Shown piece after piece: positions 1 to 8,709 of a stretch of 62,149 nt of DNA. Numbering within the stretch: the first letter of the stretch is position 1; each line of letters begins with the position of its first letter. The stretch is from IMG/VR virus record IMGVR_UViG_3300020027_000007, positions 1 to 62,149 of that record; one strand, 5' to 3'. The stretch is from a virus. Its lineage: Duplodnaviria; Caudoviricetes. The position numbers and the translations under genes were made by a program. Under the pieces are notes generated by a model. That model saw only the letters and a program-made list of their open reading frames with translations. It searched no databases and had not been told where the DNA came from.

Positions 1-126
1 TGAGGCACGACGGCACCACGCAGACCGTTGACTTGAAGCCCAAGGCGGCCAAGCCCAAGCGGGGCGAGCTGCCGCCCGAGTTCGCGGCCATGGCTGACCA
101 GGTGAAAGCGCTGCGAGCCGGTGGCA
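1..126 (+). repeat. Terminal direct repeat / circular assembly overlap (copy 1)
   Basis: tgaggcacga...gagccggtggca is identical to 62016-62141. Confidence 0.97.
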
Positions 127-686
127 TGGCGTGGTGGCAGATTGGCTACAAGCTAGGTCTACCCGGCAGTGCCGACACTGTTGCCAAAGGCAAGGGTGGT
201 GCGGCCTACGCACGCAAGGTGTGGAAGTCCGCGTTCGGTGAGGTGCCCCGGACACAGGTGCGCAACGGCAGCCGTAGCAAGAAGGCTGAGAAGAACACCG
301 ACGTGCGCGAGATGCGCGAGACGGCCAAGGCCGAGCGGGTCGTGCAGGTTCGGGCAGGGCAGTCGGTCATTGCCATTGACAAGACGGACGAGGAAGTGCT
401 CGCCATGATCGACGGGCGCATGCTTACCTGGAGTATCAACCTTGCCGACATGGACCACCGTGGAGATGAGTTCTACGACACCTCTGCCGCCGTGTTCCAG
501 GGCACCGTACGGGTGACCGGTTTGGGCGTCGACAGGGCCGTGCGGTTCCTGACTTTCGACCCCAACGCGCCCATTGAAATCCGTGGTACGCCTGGCGTAG
601 AGCGCATCGTGCGGGTCAGTGCCATCCACACCATCGGGCGGTTCTACGGCAACACCCTGCCGCCCAGTCGGAAAGGCAAGAAGTGA
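33..686 (+). CDS. Hypothetical protein with possible HTH; C-terminal part of a gene whose true start is GTG 61931 across the junction
   Basis: In frame with 61931 (MSTQTKRDKAAAK...TVDLKPKAAK); VKALRAGGMAWWQIGYKLGL is HTH-like. Confidence 0.75.
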   Translation: MKPKAAKPKRGELPPEFAAMADQVKALRAGGMAWWQIGYKLGLPGSADTVAKGKGGAAYARKVWKSAFGEVPRTQVRNGSRSKKAEKNTDVREMRETAKAERVVQVRAGQSVIAIDKTDEEVLAMIDGRMLTWSINLADMDHRGDEFYDTSAAVFQGTVRVTGLGVDRAVRFLTFDPNAPIEIRGTPGVERIVRVSAIHTIGRFYGNTLPPSRKGKK

Positions 687-973
687 TGGCTGACAAGGTC
701 AAGCGCACCCAGGGCGAGTCGCTGGTGGCTGCCGCCAAGCGGGCACCCAACCAGTTGCCGGAGGCACCGGAGCCGTACGAGAGGGTGCACTGGCTGGTGT
801 GCACGAACTGCTACCGGGCACCGGGCAGTACTCAGCCCATGCGGCCTGCTGGTGGGGCAGACCCCGAGAGCTACAGCAGGGCCACCGTGACCAACGAAGC
901 CGGGGTGCTGTACATCGCGCTGCACACGCCCGACTGCTACCGGCCCGACTGGGCCAAGGGTGGTGCCAAGTGA
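683..973 (+). CDS. Hypothetical protein, possible Zn-binding (CxxC...HxxxC)
   Basis: GTGA overlaps with both neighbours; CTNC and HTPDC motifs. Confidence 0.7.
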   Translation: MMADKVKRTQGESLVAAAKRAPNQLPEAPEPYERVHWLVCTNCYRAPGSTQPMRPAGGADPESYSRATVTNEAGVLYIALHTPDCYRPDWAKGGAK

Positions 974-2868
974 AGGCGTACGCCAGCATCAACAGCGACG
1001 GCGACAAGGTGGTCTTGACCACTGCTGCTATGGATGACTCCTTCGAGGAAATGGTTGCCCGGTGCAAGGAAGTGCCGGGGGCACGCTGGCACAAGGGCAC
1101 CAAGACATGGCGGTACCCGCTGGCTGTTGAGACGTGCCACGGGCTACGCCGGTCGTGGGGCGACGAGCTGACCGTGAGCCCTGAGTTGGGTCGCTGGTAC
1201 GTGGCCGAGAACGTAGGCCGCGAGCAGCAGGTCTCTAGGGCCGCTGCGGGCGACGAGCAGCTCGTGCGGCTACCCAGGGTGGCACCGGCCCTGGCAGCGA
1301 CTCTGAGGCCCGACCAGCGCGTTGGGGTGGCATGGGTGGCCGCTGGCTACCGTGGCGGTGGCCTGCTGTGCGACCAGCCGGGTCTAGGCAAGACGCTTGA
1401 GACCATTGGCGGCATCCTGGAGTCGGCGGATGAGCCAGGCCAAATCATCATCGTGTGCCCGAAGCTTTCGGTGCGCCGGGTGTGGCAGCGTGAGTGGAAG
1501 AAGTGGGCACCGCATGTGCCGGTGTACGCAGCACGCGGCACCCGAAAGATGCGACAGGCAACCATCGACAAGTTCGCCAAGGACCCGACGGAGACCAAGG
1601 TCCTCATCGTCGTGTCGGAGATGCTGCGCATCATTGAGGAGCTGGACCCCACCGACTTCGAGAAGAAGAAGATGGTGTTCGCGGGCTACCAGTACCCCGA
1701 GCTGTTCGCGGGTGCCTGGCACTGGATTGTGGTAGACGAGAGCCACCGGATGTTCGGCAGCCTGACCGTTGTCAAGGGCAACCTTGCCGGTAAGGGCCTC
1801 AAGCATCTCGGGCAGCTCGGAGCAAAGTCCTCCACCCCGCCGCGCAAGCTGGCCGTCACCGGTACACCGTTCGGCCGGGGCGGTCGGATCCAGGGCATGT
1901 TCGGTACGCTGCACTGGATGTGGCCTGACGAGTTCACCAGCTTTTGGCGTTGGGCCGAAGGGCTGTTCGAAATTGAGATTGACAAGGTGTACATCAAGGG
2001 TGGCCACGGGCGCACCCGAGAAACGCGCAAGGTTGGCAAGCTGCGGCAAGGCACTGAAGGTGATTTCTACGGCAACCTGGGGCCGCGCATCCTGCGCCGC
2101 ACGAAGGCCGAGGTCCTACCCAACCTGCCGCCCAAGCAGTTCATCGAGGTCAAGTGCGAGCTGAGCGGCACGCAGCTACGACAGTACAAGATGCTCTCGG
2201 ACGAGGCGGAGGTTGCCACGGACAACGGCATCATCACGGCCAACGGCGTGCTCGCGGAGATCACTCGTGCCAAGCAGGTTGCGAACGGTTGCCTAGGGCT
2301 ACTAGGCGAAGACGGCAAGGTCTACTTCACCGGCGACAGCGCGAAGCTAGACATGCTGGAAGAGCTGCTGGAGCAGCGGGGCATCGGTGGAGAGGCAGGC
2401 GGGGACTTGAAGGTCATCATCGCCAGTCAGTTCAACGAGTTCCTCAAGATTGTTGAGCATCGGTTGCGCACGGCAAACATCGGCTACCACATCATCACCG
2501 GACAGACCAGCGACAAGAAGCGTGACGACGCGATGGAGGCATTCCAGAACGAAGGCGGGCACCGCGTCTTTCTTCTGAACGCCAAGGCTGGTGGCGTCAG
2601 CGTTACGCTGGACGCAGCCGATGAAGTTCATTGCCTGGATGAACTGTGGAATCCTGAAGACCAGGAGCAGTTGGAAGACCGCGCACACCGCGCGAGTCGC
2701 ATGCACCAAGTACGCATCTACCACTATCGAGCTGAGGGCACAATCGATGATGTCATTGCTGAAGACGTTGAAGGCAAACGCCAAGCGCAGCATGCAGTTC
2801 TTGATGGGCGGCGAGGGATGGAATACGCTCGGTCGCTCATTCGATACCGCACCCCTGCGGCCGACTAG
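970..2868 (+). CDS. SNF2-family (SF2) DNA helicase
   Basis: DQPGLGKT (Walker A), VVDESH (DExH), VTGTP, GGVSVTL, QLEDRAHR (motif VI); GTG 970 overlaps the upstream stop. Confidence 0.92.
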   Translation: MKAYASINSDGDKVVLTTAAMDDSFEEMVARCKEVPGARWHKGTKTWRYPLAVETCHGLRRSWGDELTVSPELGRWYVAENVGREQQVSRAAAGDEQLVRLPRVAPALAATLRPDQRVGVAWVAAGYRGGGLLCDQPGLGKTLETIGGILESADEPGQIIIVCPKLSVRRVWQREWKKWAPHVPVYAARGTRKMRQATIDKFAKDPTETKVLIVVSEMLRIIEELDPTDFEKKKMVFAGYQYPELFAGAWHWIVVDESHRMFGSLTVVKGNLAGKGLKHLGQLGAKSSTPPRKLAVTGTPFGRGGRIQGMFGTLHWMWPDEFTSFWRWAEGLFEIEIDKVYIKGGHGRTRETRKVGKLRQGTEGDFYGNLGPRILRRTKAEVLPNLPPKQFIEVKCELSGTQLRQYKMLSDEAEVATDNGIITANGVLAEITRAKQVANGCLGLLGEDGKVYFTGDSAKLDMLEELLEQRGIGGEAGGDLKVIIASQFNEFLKIVEHRLRTANIGYHIITGQTSDKKRDDAMEAFQNEGGHRVFLLNAKAGGVSVTLDAADEVHCLDELWNPEDQEQLEDRAHRASRMHQVRIYHYRAEGTIDDVIAEDVEGKRQAQHAVLDGRRGMEYARSLIRYRTPAAD

Positions 2869-3601
2869 CATCCTGCACGACCCAACGGACACGCTGGCCA
2901 AGTACGTGCATCGTGAGCCAGCAGTGCGCCCTGAGCCCGAGTGGAAGGTTGGACCGGCTGGGCCGGTGCTGGACAAGGCGGCCGATGACTTCTTCGGAGC
3001 TCTCAAACGCGCAGACGACCTGCTGGAAGATCCGCACGGATTTGACACGCTGCACCACCCGTTCATCGTCACCGCCGACAAGCTCAACGCTGAACCCATC
3101 TTGTGGAACGAAGCCAACGAACAGTTGCGAGAGGCCCTCAAGTCCATCAACGAGACGATGGACCCCGGACTGCACAACGTGCGTGCGGAGCACCACGTCA
3201 GCAACAGCGAAATGACAGAGTTCAAGCGAGCTGGTGGCATCGGCACTAGGGGTCACGAGCAACTAGAGCTCTACAACGAGGCCATCCGTAACTACGGCAC
3301 CCGCCCGCATCTCCCCGGCCACCGCAGGGAGCTGGAGGTGTTCAAGACCCAAGACCTGGACGAGGTTGAGTGGGATGTGCCTAGCATGATCGATGCCCAT
3401 CGCAACCATTGCACTGCCCTCGATGAGCAGCGTTCGGATGTGCTGGTCGAGACCACGAGTCCGCCGCTGTACTGCGAGGTTTCTCAGTACATGTACGACC
3501 CCCGCCATGAGGTCGGGCCGCGTGAGCGAGCTGGCTACCGGGCTAGCCGCAGGCAGCCTACGACCACGACACGGCGCAAGCGGAGGGGCAAAGGCAAATG
3601 A
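2804..3601 (+). CDS. Hypothetical protein (start uncertain)
   Basis: Long + ORF filling the gap after the helicase, basic C-terminus, ATGA-coupled to the next gene. Confidence 0.6.
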   Translation: MGGEGWNTLGRSFDTAPLRPTSILHDPTDTLAKYVHREPAVRPEPEWKVGPAGPVLDKAADDFFGALKRADDLLEDPHGFDTLHHPFIVTADKLNAEPILWNEANEQLREALKSINETMDPGLHNVRAEHHVSNSEMTEFKRAGGIGTRGHEQLELYNEAIRNYGTRPHLPGHRRELEVFKTQDLDEVEWDVPSMIDAHRNHCTALDEQRSDVLVETTSPPLYCEVSQYMYDPRHEVGPRERAGYRASRRQPTTTTRRKRRGKGK

Positions 3602-3801
3602 GGTTCTTACGTTGGTTGTTCAGGACAAGGGTTCGACCTTCCGAACGCAATCGCATTAGGAATCTTCAGGCTGTGCGCATCGATAAGCGCGAGGACCAGC
3701 CGGGGTTCTACCTGTACGGGGACATCGAGTTCAATCAGCGCAGGGCCAAGGAGTTGCGCGACAAGGCCCAAGGTAAAGATGGAGGACATAGCAATGACTG
3801 A
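3598..3801 (+). CDS. Hypothetical protein
   Basis: ATGA coupling; GGAGG upstream. Confidence 0.55.
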   Translation: MRFLRWLFRTRVRPSERNRIRNLQAVRIDKREDQPGFYLYGDIEFNQRRAKELRDKAQGKDGGHSND

Positions 3802-4030
3802 TCTAGTGATTCAGTTGCTCGTGACAATCGTTTCCCTCCTTTGCCTGTACGCGTTGGGCTACATGCGGGGCAAGCGTGAGGGGTACCGGCAGCGCATAGA
3901 GGAGCTACGTGAGAACGTACAGCAGGTGGCCAACCAAGCCCAGGCCGACCTGAACGTTCTCAACGCGCAGAGCCCACCCCGGCAAAGGCAGGTGCGAATC
4001 AAAGGCACCTCTCGTCGAGGAACCGAGTAA
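3794..4030 (+). CDS. Small membrane protein with coiled-coil tail
   Basis: GGAGGA RBS; N-terminal hydrophobic helix LVIQLLVTIVSLLCLYALGY. Confidence 0.7.
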   Translation: MTDLVIQLLVTIVSLLCLYALGYMRGKREGYRQRIEELRENVQQVANQAQADLNVLNAQSPPRQRQVRIKGTSRRGTE

Positions 4031-4129
4031 CACAGGACGACAGCACGGCCTCGTTTCGCCTTGTTTCAAAAGGCTAAACCTGACAAGCTACTCACCTCAG
4101 CAGCACACATACCAAGGAGCAAAGGGCAC

Positions 4130-4720
4130 ATGGCGAAGAACAAGGACAAGGCCGTCGAGGCCGAGGTCGAGACCCCGGAGACCGAAGAGACCGAAGAGGT
4201 TTCGCCGGAGGACAAGGTCGGCGTTCTGCACGAGAAGCACGCGGAGTACATCAAGGCGCAGACCGGCATCGAGGTCGACCCGCTCGCCGTCTTCCTGGTC
4301 TACAGCACCCGCGTCGCGTTCCGCAAGACCAGCGACGAGTACGCCGAGGTCAAGAAGGCCAAGCAGCAGGCCGAGCTCGACAAGGCAGCGGCGAAGGAGG
4401 CGGCGAAGAAGGAGCGCGAAGAGGCCGCTGCCGCCAAGGCCGAGGAGAAGGCCGCGAAGGACGCCGAGAAGGCCGAAGCCAAGGCGAAGCGCGAGGCCGA
4501 GGCAGCTGAGAAGAAGGCTGCCAAGGACGCCGAGGCGGCCGAGAAGAAGGCTGCCAAGGAAAAGGCTGACGCCGAGAAGAAGGAGTCCGGCGGCGCGAGC
4601 GAGGGCGAGACCACGAAGGCCAGCACCAAGGGCCGTCGCGGCAAGGGCAAGCAGACCAGCGCCGAGGCTGCTGCCGCCGTCGAGGCCGGAAAGGGCGAGG
4701 GCAAGAAGTCCCCGTTCTGA
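4130..4720 (+). CDS. Ala/Lys/Glu-rich protein (charged helical, histone-H1/TolA-like composition) ending KKSPF
   Basis: AAGGAG RBS, strong GC3 codon bias, AAEKKAAKDAE repeats. Confidence 0.8.
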   Translation: MAKNKDKAVEAEVETPETEETEEVSPEDKVGVLHEKHAEYIKAQTGIEVDPLAVFLVYSTRVAFRKTSDEYAEVKKAKQQAELDKAAAKEAAKKEREEAAAAKAEEKAAKDAEKAEAKAKREAEAAEKKAAKDAEAAEKKAAKEKADAEKKESGGASEGETTKASTKGRRGKGKQTSAEAAAAVEAGKGEGKKSPF

Positions 4721-4729
4721 TCCCCAGTC

Positions 4730-4926
4730 GTCGGGGTGCGCGCCAAGCTCCTTTGACTCCTCCTAGTTGCGGGCGGCAACGACAGAGGCCGGTCAGGACA
4801 TACGGTACGCACCCCGGCTCAAATGGTGGCACGAGGGGTCCCGGTAGTTTCGCATATGGGGTTCTGCGTCAGCAGGCGTACCATTGAGCGAGCCGGGAGA
4901 TCAAACTCTCGTGCCACCTTTTGAGC
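4730..4926 (+). other. Two adjacent long imperfect hairpins (candidate processing site, terminator or sRNA)
   Basis: gtcggggtgcg/cgcaccccggc and gctcaaatggtggcacgaggg/ctctcgtgccaccttttgagc stems with nested inner pairings. Confidence 0.55.
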
Positions 4927-4947
4927 AGACAACCAAGGAGGGCATCT

Positions 4948-5178
4948 ATGGCGACAAAGGCAGATTGCATCTGCAGACCAGATGACGACGGCAGCATTCT
5001 CTACAACCCCCGCTGTCGGTTCCACAAAGGGCCAGACAAGGGCTACGGCTACGACTCGTGGGGTCAGCCCAACGGCAAGTACAGTGAGAAGGCAGGCACT
5101 GTTCTCGCCGTCATTGTCGTGGGCATCTGCCTGGCTGGCATTGTCACCGGCATTGTTCTGGCGTTCGTCAAATGGTGA
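4948..5178 (+). CDS. Small protein with C-terminal TM helix and Cys/His motif
   Basis: AAGGAGGG RBS; CIC...CRFH; hydrophobic C-terminus. Confidence 0.7.
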   Translation: MATKADCICRPDDDGSILYNPRCRFHKGPDKGYGYDSWGQPNGKYSEKAGTVLAVIVVGICLAGIVTGIVLAFVKW

Positions 5179-6317
5179 AGGTGAAGGAGCAGCACGCTCC
5201 GTTGCTTCGGACAAGCGAACGCGGCGACTTCAAGCGATGCCCTTGGCTCTGGGACCAGGTGTGGAATCAGCACTGGCGGAGCAAGCGCGAGCCGACCTGG
5301 GCGTGGTTCGGCACCGCTATTCACAAGGGGCTCGAGGCAAGGTATCCTCGCGGAGACAAGCGGGGTTCCGTCGAGGCCATGCTGGCAGCGTTTGAGGAGT
5401 CCATTGACAAGGAAGTCCGGCGGGTCTACACCGAAGGTGGAGAGCTGGACGAAGTAGAAGTTGTCGACGGCAAGGAACTCGGCATCGCTATGCTGCGCGG
5501 CTATGTCAAGGAGTTCGGCGAAGACCAGCACTGGACCGTACTTGACACCGAAGGTACCTTCCAGATTGACGTACCGCATCCGCACAAGCAGAAGACGATG
5601 GTGGTCTACTGCGGCACTTGGGACGTTGTCGTTTACGACAAGGTAGAGAAGGTCTACAAGGTTGTAGACCACAAGACCCGCAAGGCGTTCCCGGGCAACT
5701 GGGAGTTCTACTCCATCAACGACCAAGCCGGTTCGTACCTCTGGGTTGCGCCGGAAGTACTCGTTGCCAAAGGCATCTTCAAGGGTGACGAGGTGATTGA
5801 GGGGCTGGTTTTCAACACCCTGCGCAAGCACCTGCCGGACACGCGGCCTGTAGACTCCGACGGGCTAGCTCGGAACAAGCCCATCAAGCAGCACTACCAC
5901 GACGCGCTAGATGCTGCGAAAGTGCCCTACAGCAGTAGGGACGCCATAGCCGTTCTCAGCGCTCTGGCCAACCAGCACGGGCTGACTGTGCTGGGTGACG
6001 TCAGCAAGGTGCAACCGGCTGCGCTGTACCACCGTGAAGAGGTGTACCGCAGCCCCGAGGAGCGGGTCACCCAAGCACAACGGGTGCAGCAGGAAGCTGT
6101 CTGGATGTCCCTTATTCGTAAGGGGAAACTCCAGGCCATTAAGCACACTGGAGAGGATTGCGTGCGTTGTCCGCTGTTCGACATGTGCCAGTTGCACGAA
6201 CAAGACCCCGAGGCTGCCTGGGAGTTGCGGGCAAGCACGATGGTCAAACGAGACCCCTATCGGGACCACCGAGAGGCAATGGAAGAGAATGGGTTCGAGG
6301 TGAAGCTGAATGGCTAG
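5172..6317 (+). CDS. PD-(D/E)XK exonuclease (RecB/Cas4-like)
   Basis: FKRCP, FGTAIH, GTWD...VVDHKT and C-terminal CVRCPLFDMC cluster motif. Confidence 0.85.
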   Translation: MVKVKEQHAPLLRTSERGDFKRCPWLWDQVWNQHWRSKREPTWAWFGTAIHKGLEARYPRGDKRGSVEAMLAAFEESIDKEVRRVYTEGGELDEVEVVDGKELGIAMLRGYVKEFGEDQHWTVLDTEGTFQIDVPHPHKQKTMVVYCGTWDVVVYDKVEKVYKVVDHKTRKAFPGNWEFYSINDQAGSYLWVAPEVLVAKGIFKGDEVIEGLVFNTLRKHLPDTRPVDSDGLARNKPIKQHYHDALDAAKVPYSSRDAIAVLSALANQHGLTVLGDVSKVQPAALYHREEVYRSPEERVTQAQRVQQEAVWMSLIRKGKLQAIKHTGEDCVRCPLFDMCQLHEQDPEAAWELRASTMVKRDPYRDHREAMEENGFEVKLNG

Positions 6318-7107
6318 GCCGAAGGCAATTACCAAGCTGAGCGAGACGCCCCACGAGGGCAAGAAGAACTGGCTCATCTACTGCGGTAGCGGCATCGGAA
6401 AGACCGTGCTCGCGGGTACCGCACCAAAGGCGTTGTTCCTGACAGTGGAGGCGGCAGGAACAGAAAGCGCCAAGGCGTTCGGCTCGGAAGCCGACGAGTG
6501 GATTTGTGACTCGTGGGAAGAGGTCGGCAAGGCGTACGCCTGGATCAAGAAGGAAGGCCACAAACTGTACGACTGGGTGCTTCTCGACTCCGTAACGGAG
6601 ATGGAGGAGCTGTGCTGGACAGACCAGTTGGAGGGCATCGGCAAGGAATTCGAAGCCCGCATTCAGGACTATGGCATCGTTGACCGCAAGGTCAAGAAGA
6701 TGGTGGACAACTTCAACCGACTGCCCATCAACGTGCTGTACACGGCGCAGGAAATGGCCTTCACTACCGAGGACGGTGACGGCGACGAGATTCAGAAGGT
6801 CCTCCCCAAGATTGGCCGCACCAAAGGCGGAGCTCCCCTTTCCAACCTCATTTGCGGGAAGGTGACCCTCGTCGGTTACCTCGGCATTACGGAGGAGAAA
6901 GAGGAGGGCGAGTTCCGTAGGCTGGTGGTGGCCGGTGGTGATGGCTGGGTAGCCAAGGACAGGCACGATGCCTTCGGCAAGTACATCGACAAGCCGGACA
7001 TCGGCGAGATGGCTGAGATCGTGAACAAGCGGCAGGCCAGTCCCACCACGAGCAATGCCAAGGCACCGACCGCGAAGAAGAAGAAGAAGGAGAAGGTGAC
7101 AGTCTGA
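6310..7107 (+). CDS. AAA ATPase (Sak4-like single-strand annealing ATPase)
   Basis: GSGIGKT Walker A, VLLDSVTE Walker B, AKDR; lies between exonuclease and SSB. Confidence 0.82.
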   Translation: MARPKAITKLSETPHEGKKNWLIYCGSGIGKTVLAGTAPKALFLTVEAAGTESAKAFGSEADEWICDSWEEVGKAYAWIKKEGHKLYDWVLLDSVTEMEELCWTDQLEGIGKEFEARIQDYGIVDRKVKKMVDNFNRLPINVLYTAQEMAFTTEDGDGDEIQKVLPKIGRTKGGAPLSNLICGKVTLVGYLGITEEKEEGEFRRLVVAGGDGWVAKDRHDAFGKYIDKPDIGEMAEIVNKRQASPTTSNAKAPTAKKKKKEKVTV

Positions 7108-7595
7108 TGGGCAAGGTCAAGCGGAATTACAAGGACGTCGACCGCGATGCCGAGCGGAAGGAGTACAACGGCGACCAGCCCAAGCCGGGTGTGTACGACT
7201 TCTACCTGAAGAAGGTCGACGACCACGAAGGCGGAGACAGCACCGGCAACAAGCTGGTGTGGATTTTCGAGTGCACTGAGGACCCCTACACGGGTTGGGC
7301 TGGTTGGGTCTACACGAACGACGAGTCGGCCGCGTGGAAGGAAGTACAGATCCTCGAAGCCCTTGGCCTGTTGGCCGAAGGTGAGACCGAGTACGACGGC
7401 AGTCACGAGGCCATGGTGAAGGACGGCGGACCCGTTCGCTGCCGCGTCGCCAACGAGAAGTACGACGGCGATAACCGCGCCAAGATCCGGACCATCATGG
7501 CTCCGAGGGACGGCCAGGAGAAGCCGAAGGCCGGTGGCTCGAAGGCCAAGAAGGGCAAGAAGAGCGGCTCGAAGAAGGAGAAGTCCCCGTTCTGA
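7107..7595 (+). CDS. Putative ssDNA-binding protein (DUF669-like)
   Basis: PKPGVY, EKYDG..RAKI motifs; exonuclease-Sak4-SSB synteny; ends in PF. Confidence 0.7.
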   Translation: MGKVKRNYKDVDRDAERKEYNGDQPKPGVYDFYLKKVDDHEGGDSTGNKLVWIFECTEDPYTGWAGWVYTNDESAAWKEVQILEALGLLAEGETEYDGSHEAMVKDGGPVRCRVANEKYDGDNRAKIRTIMAPRDGQEKPKAGGSKAKKGKKSGSKKEKSPF

Positions 7596-7644
7596 GGGCT
7601 AACCTCGAGGCCCGTTTTGTAGCCTCGAGCAACTAGCTCGAACT

Positions 7645-7680
7645 GGAGGGGTCACCGGCGTACTGCTGGTGGCCCCTTCT
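7645..7680 (+). terminator. Hairpin / putative terminator after SSB
   Basis: ggaggggtcaccggc-gtact-gctggtggccccttc. Confidence 0.6.
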
Positions 7681-8197
7681 GCCGTTGGGGTACCCGGTGC
7701 CCACAACCCCACCGCATCCGTACTCTTTGCCGCTTAGAAAGGCCGTACACCCCATGCCTCGGTACCCAGCCCACAAACGTTCTCAGTTGGCTGTAAGTCG
7801 GCTTGGCATATCTGCGGGCGGCCCAGAGGCGAGGGCGGGAATTGCCGGTTTATGTGACCATCTGTCAATCGTCTCCCTCCCGGCCCAAAAGAGCTATACC
7901 CATTGCGGATTTACAGGGTGGCCCTTACGCGTACGCAAGGGGCATGCATGCATTTCCCAGCAGCCCAGCGACCGGCGTCGTCGCGGACGGAGAAATGACA
8001 GGTGGTCATCTGGCATGTCAAAACTCGATAAACATATCGAGGAAGACCCTTATTTCAAAACGAAAGCTCTGACAATGCAGACCGGTGGTCAACGTGTAAG
8101 CTGCCGGTACACCGCAGTACCCGCACTACGTACTACTACTTAATTCTTGAGAGAGAGATAGAGAGTAGTAGTAAGTAGGTTAGTTAGGAGCTATGGC
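7681..8197. other. Non-coding, partly AT-rich region with inverted repeats; candidate replication origin or regulatory region
   Basis: No credible ORF; TACTACTACT (8131-8140) and AGTAGTAGTA (8164-8173) flank a GA tract; long-range IR 7855-7876/7989-8008; upstream of the primase-helicase operon. Confidence 0.45.
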
Positions 8198-8479
8198 ATG
8201 ACTAATACCCTCGAGGAACTGAGGGCTCTGGAAGTAGAGAGACTGGAGCGTCGAGCCATTCGGCGTGCCCGGGAAAGGGCCAATCGCATTGGCACCAACC
8301 TGAAGCCTCACATCAAGGAGGAGTTGTTCCGTATCGCCGACGAGGCCAAGCTGCCTCCACGCACGATGGTGCGCATCCTCATCATCGAAGCCATGGAGGC
8401 GCGCGGCAGCAACATGCTTTCGTTGCTCAAGGCATGGAAGGAGAACAACCCCAACGAGGCCGAAGTCGAAGATGACTGA
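8198..8479 (+). CDS. Ribbon-helix-helix-type DNA-binding protein
   Basis: AGGAG RBS; RIGTNLKPHIKEELFRIADEAKLPPRTMVRILIIEAM fits the RHH pattern. Confidence 0.65.
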   Translation: MTNTLEELRALEVERLERRAIRRARERANRIGTNLKPHIKEELFRIADEAKLPPRTMVRILIIEAMEARGSNMLSLLKAWKENNPNEAEVEDD

Positions 8480-8709
8480 TGCCCAAGCCAAGCACGGGGG
8501 ATCCTGACAGGAGAGCCATCAACTCTCACCTTTGGAAGCAGCACGAAGAACGAACAGGCAAAGGGGACAAGTTCGACCGCTTGGCATACCACGAAGAATT
8601 ACATGCCTCAGGCAACGACGGCTACGCTGGTGTTCCGCTTCACAGGCACGAGCCGGGCAATGAGGAGCGCATGGGTGAGGTAGTTCTACATGAGGGCGAG
8701 GGCACATGA
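8479..8709 (+). CDS. Hypothetical His-rich protein
   Basis: TGATG/ATGA coupling on both sides. Confidence 0.65.
   Translation: MPKPSTGDPDRRAINSHLWKQHEERTGKGDKFDRLAYHEELHASGNDGYAGVPLHRHEPGNEERMGEVVLHEGEGT

Noticed and set aside
1-126. 126-bp repeat as a biological direct terminal repeat
   Set aside because: It falls mid-gene and its length is typical of an assembler k-mer overlap, so it indicates circularity rather than physical ends
4380-4580. Tandem DNA repeats (gccgagaagaaggctgccaagga)
   Set aside because: They encode the AEKKAAK protein repeats and are not a separate DNA element
4730-4926. Intergenic hairpins as tRNA genes
   Set aside because: No cloverleaf, T-loop GTTCRA in the right context or CCA end found here or in the other gaps
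5172-6317. Cas4-like nuclease as evidence of a CRISPR system
   Set aside because: No repeat-spacer array or other cas genes; it sits in a standard exonuclease-Sak4-SSB recombination module
7685-8143. ORF-track calls 7685-8143 and 7803-8072
   Set aside because: TTG starts without an RBS and atypical codon usage; the region is better explained as non-coding
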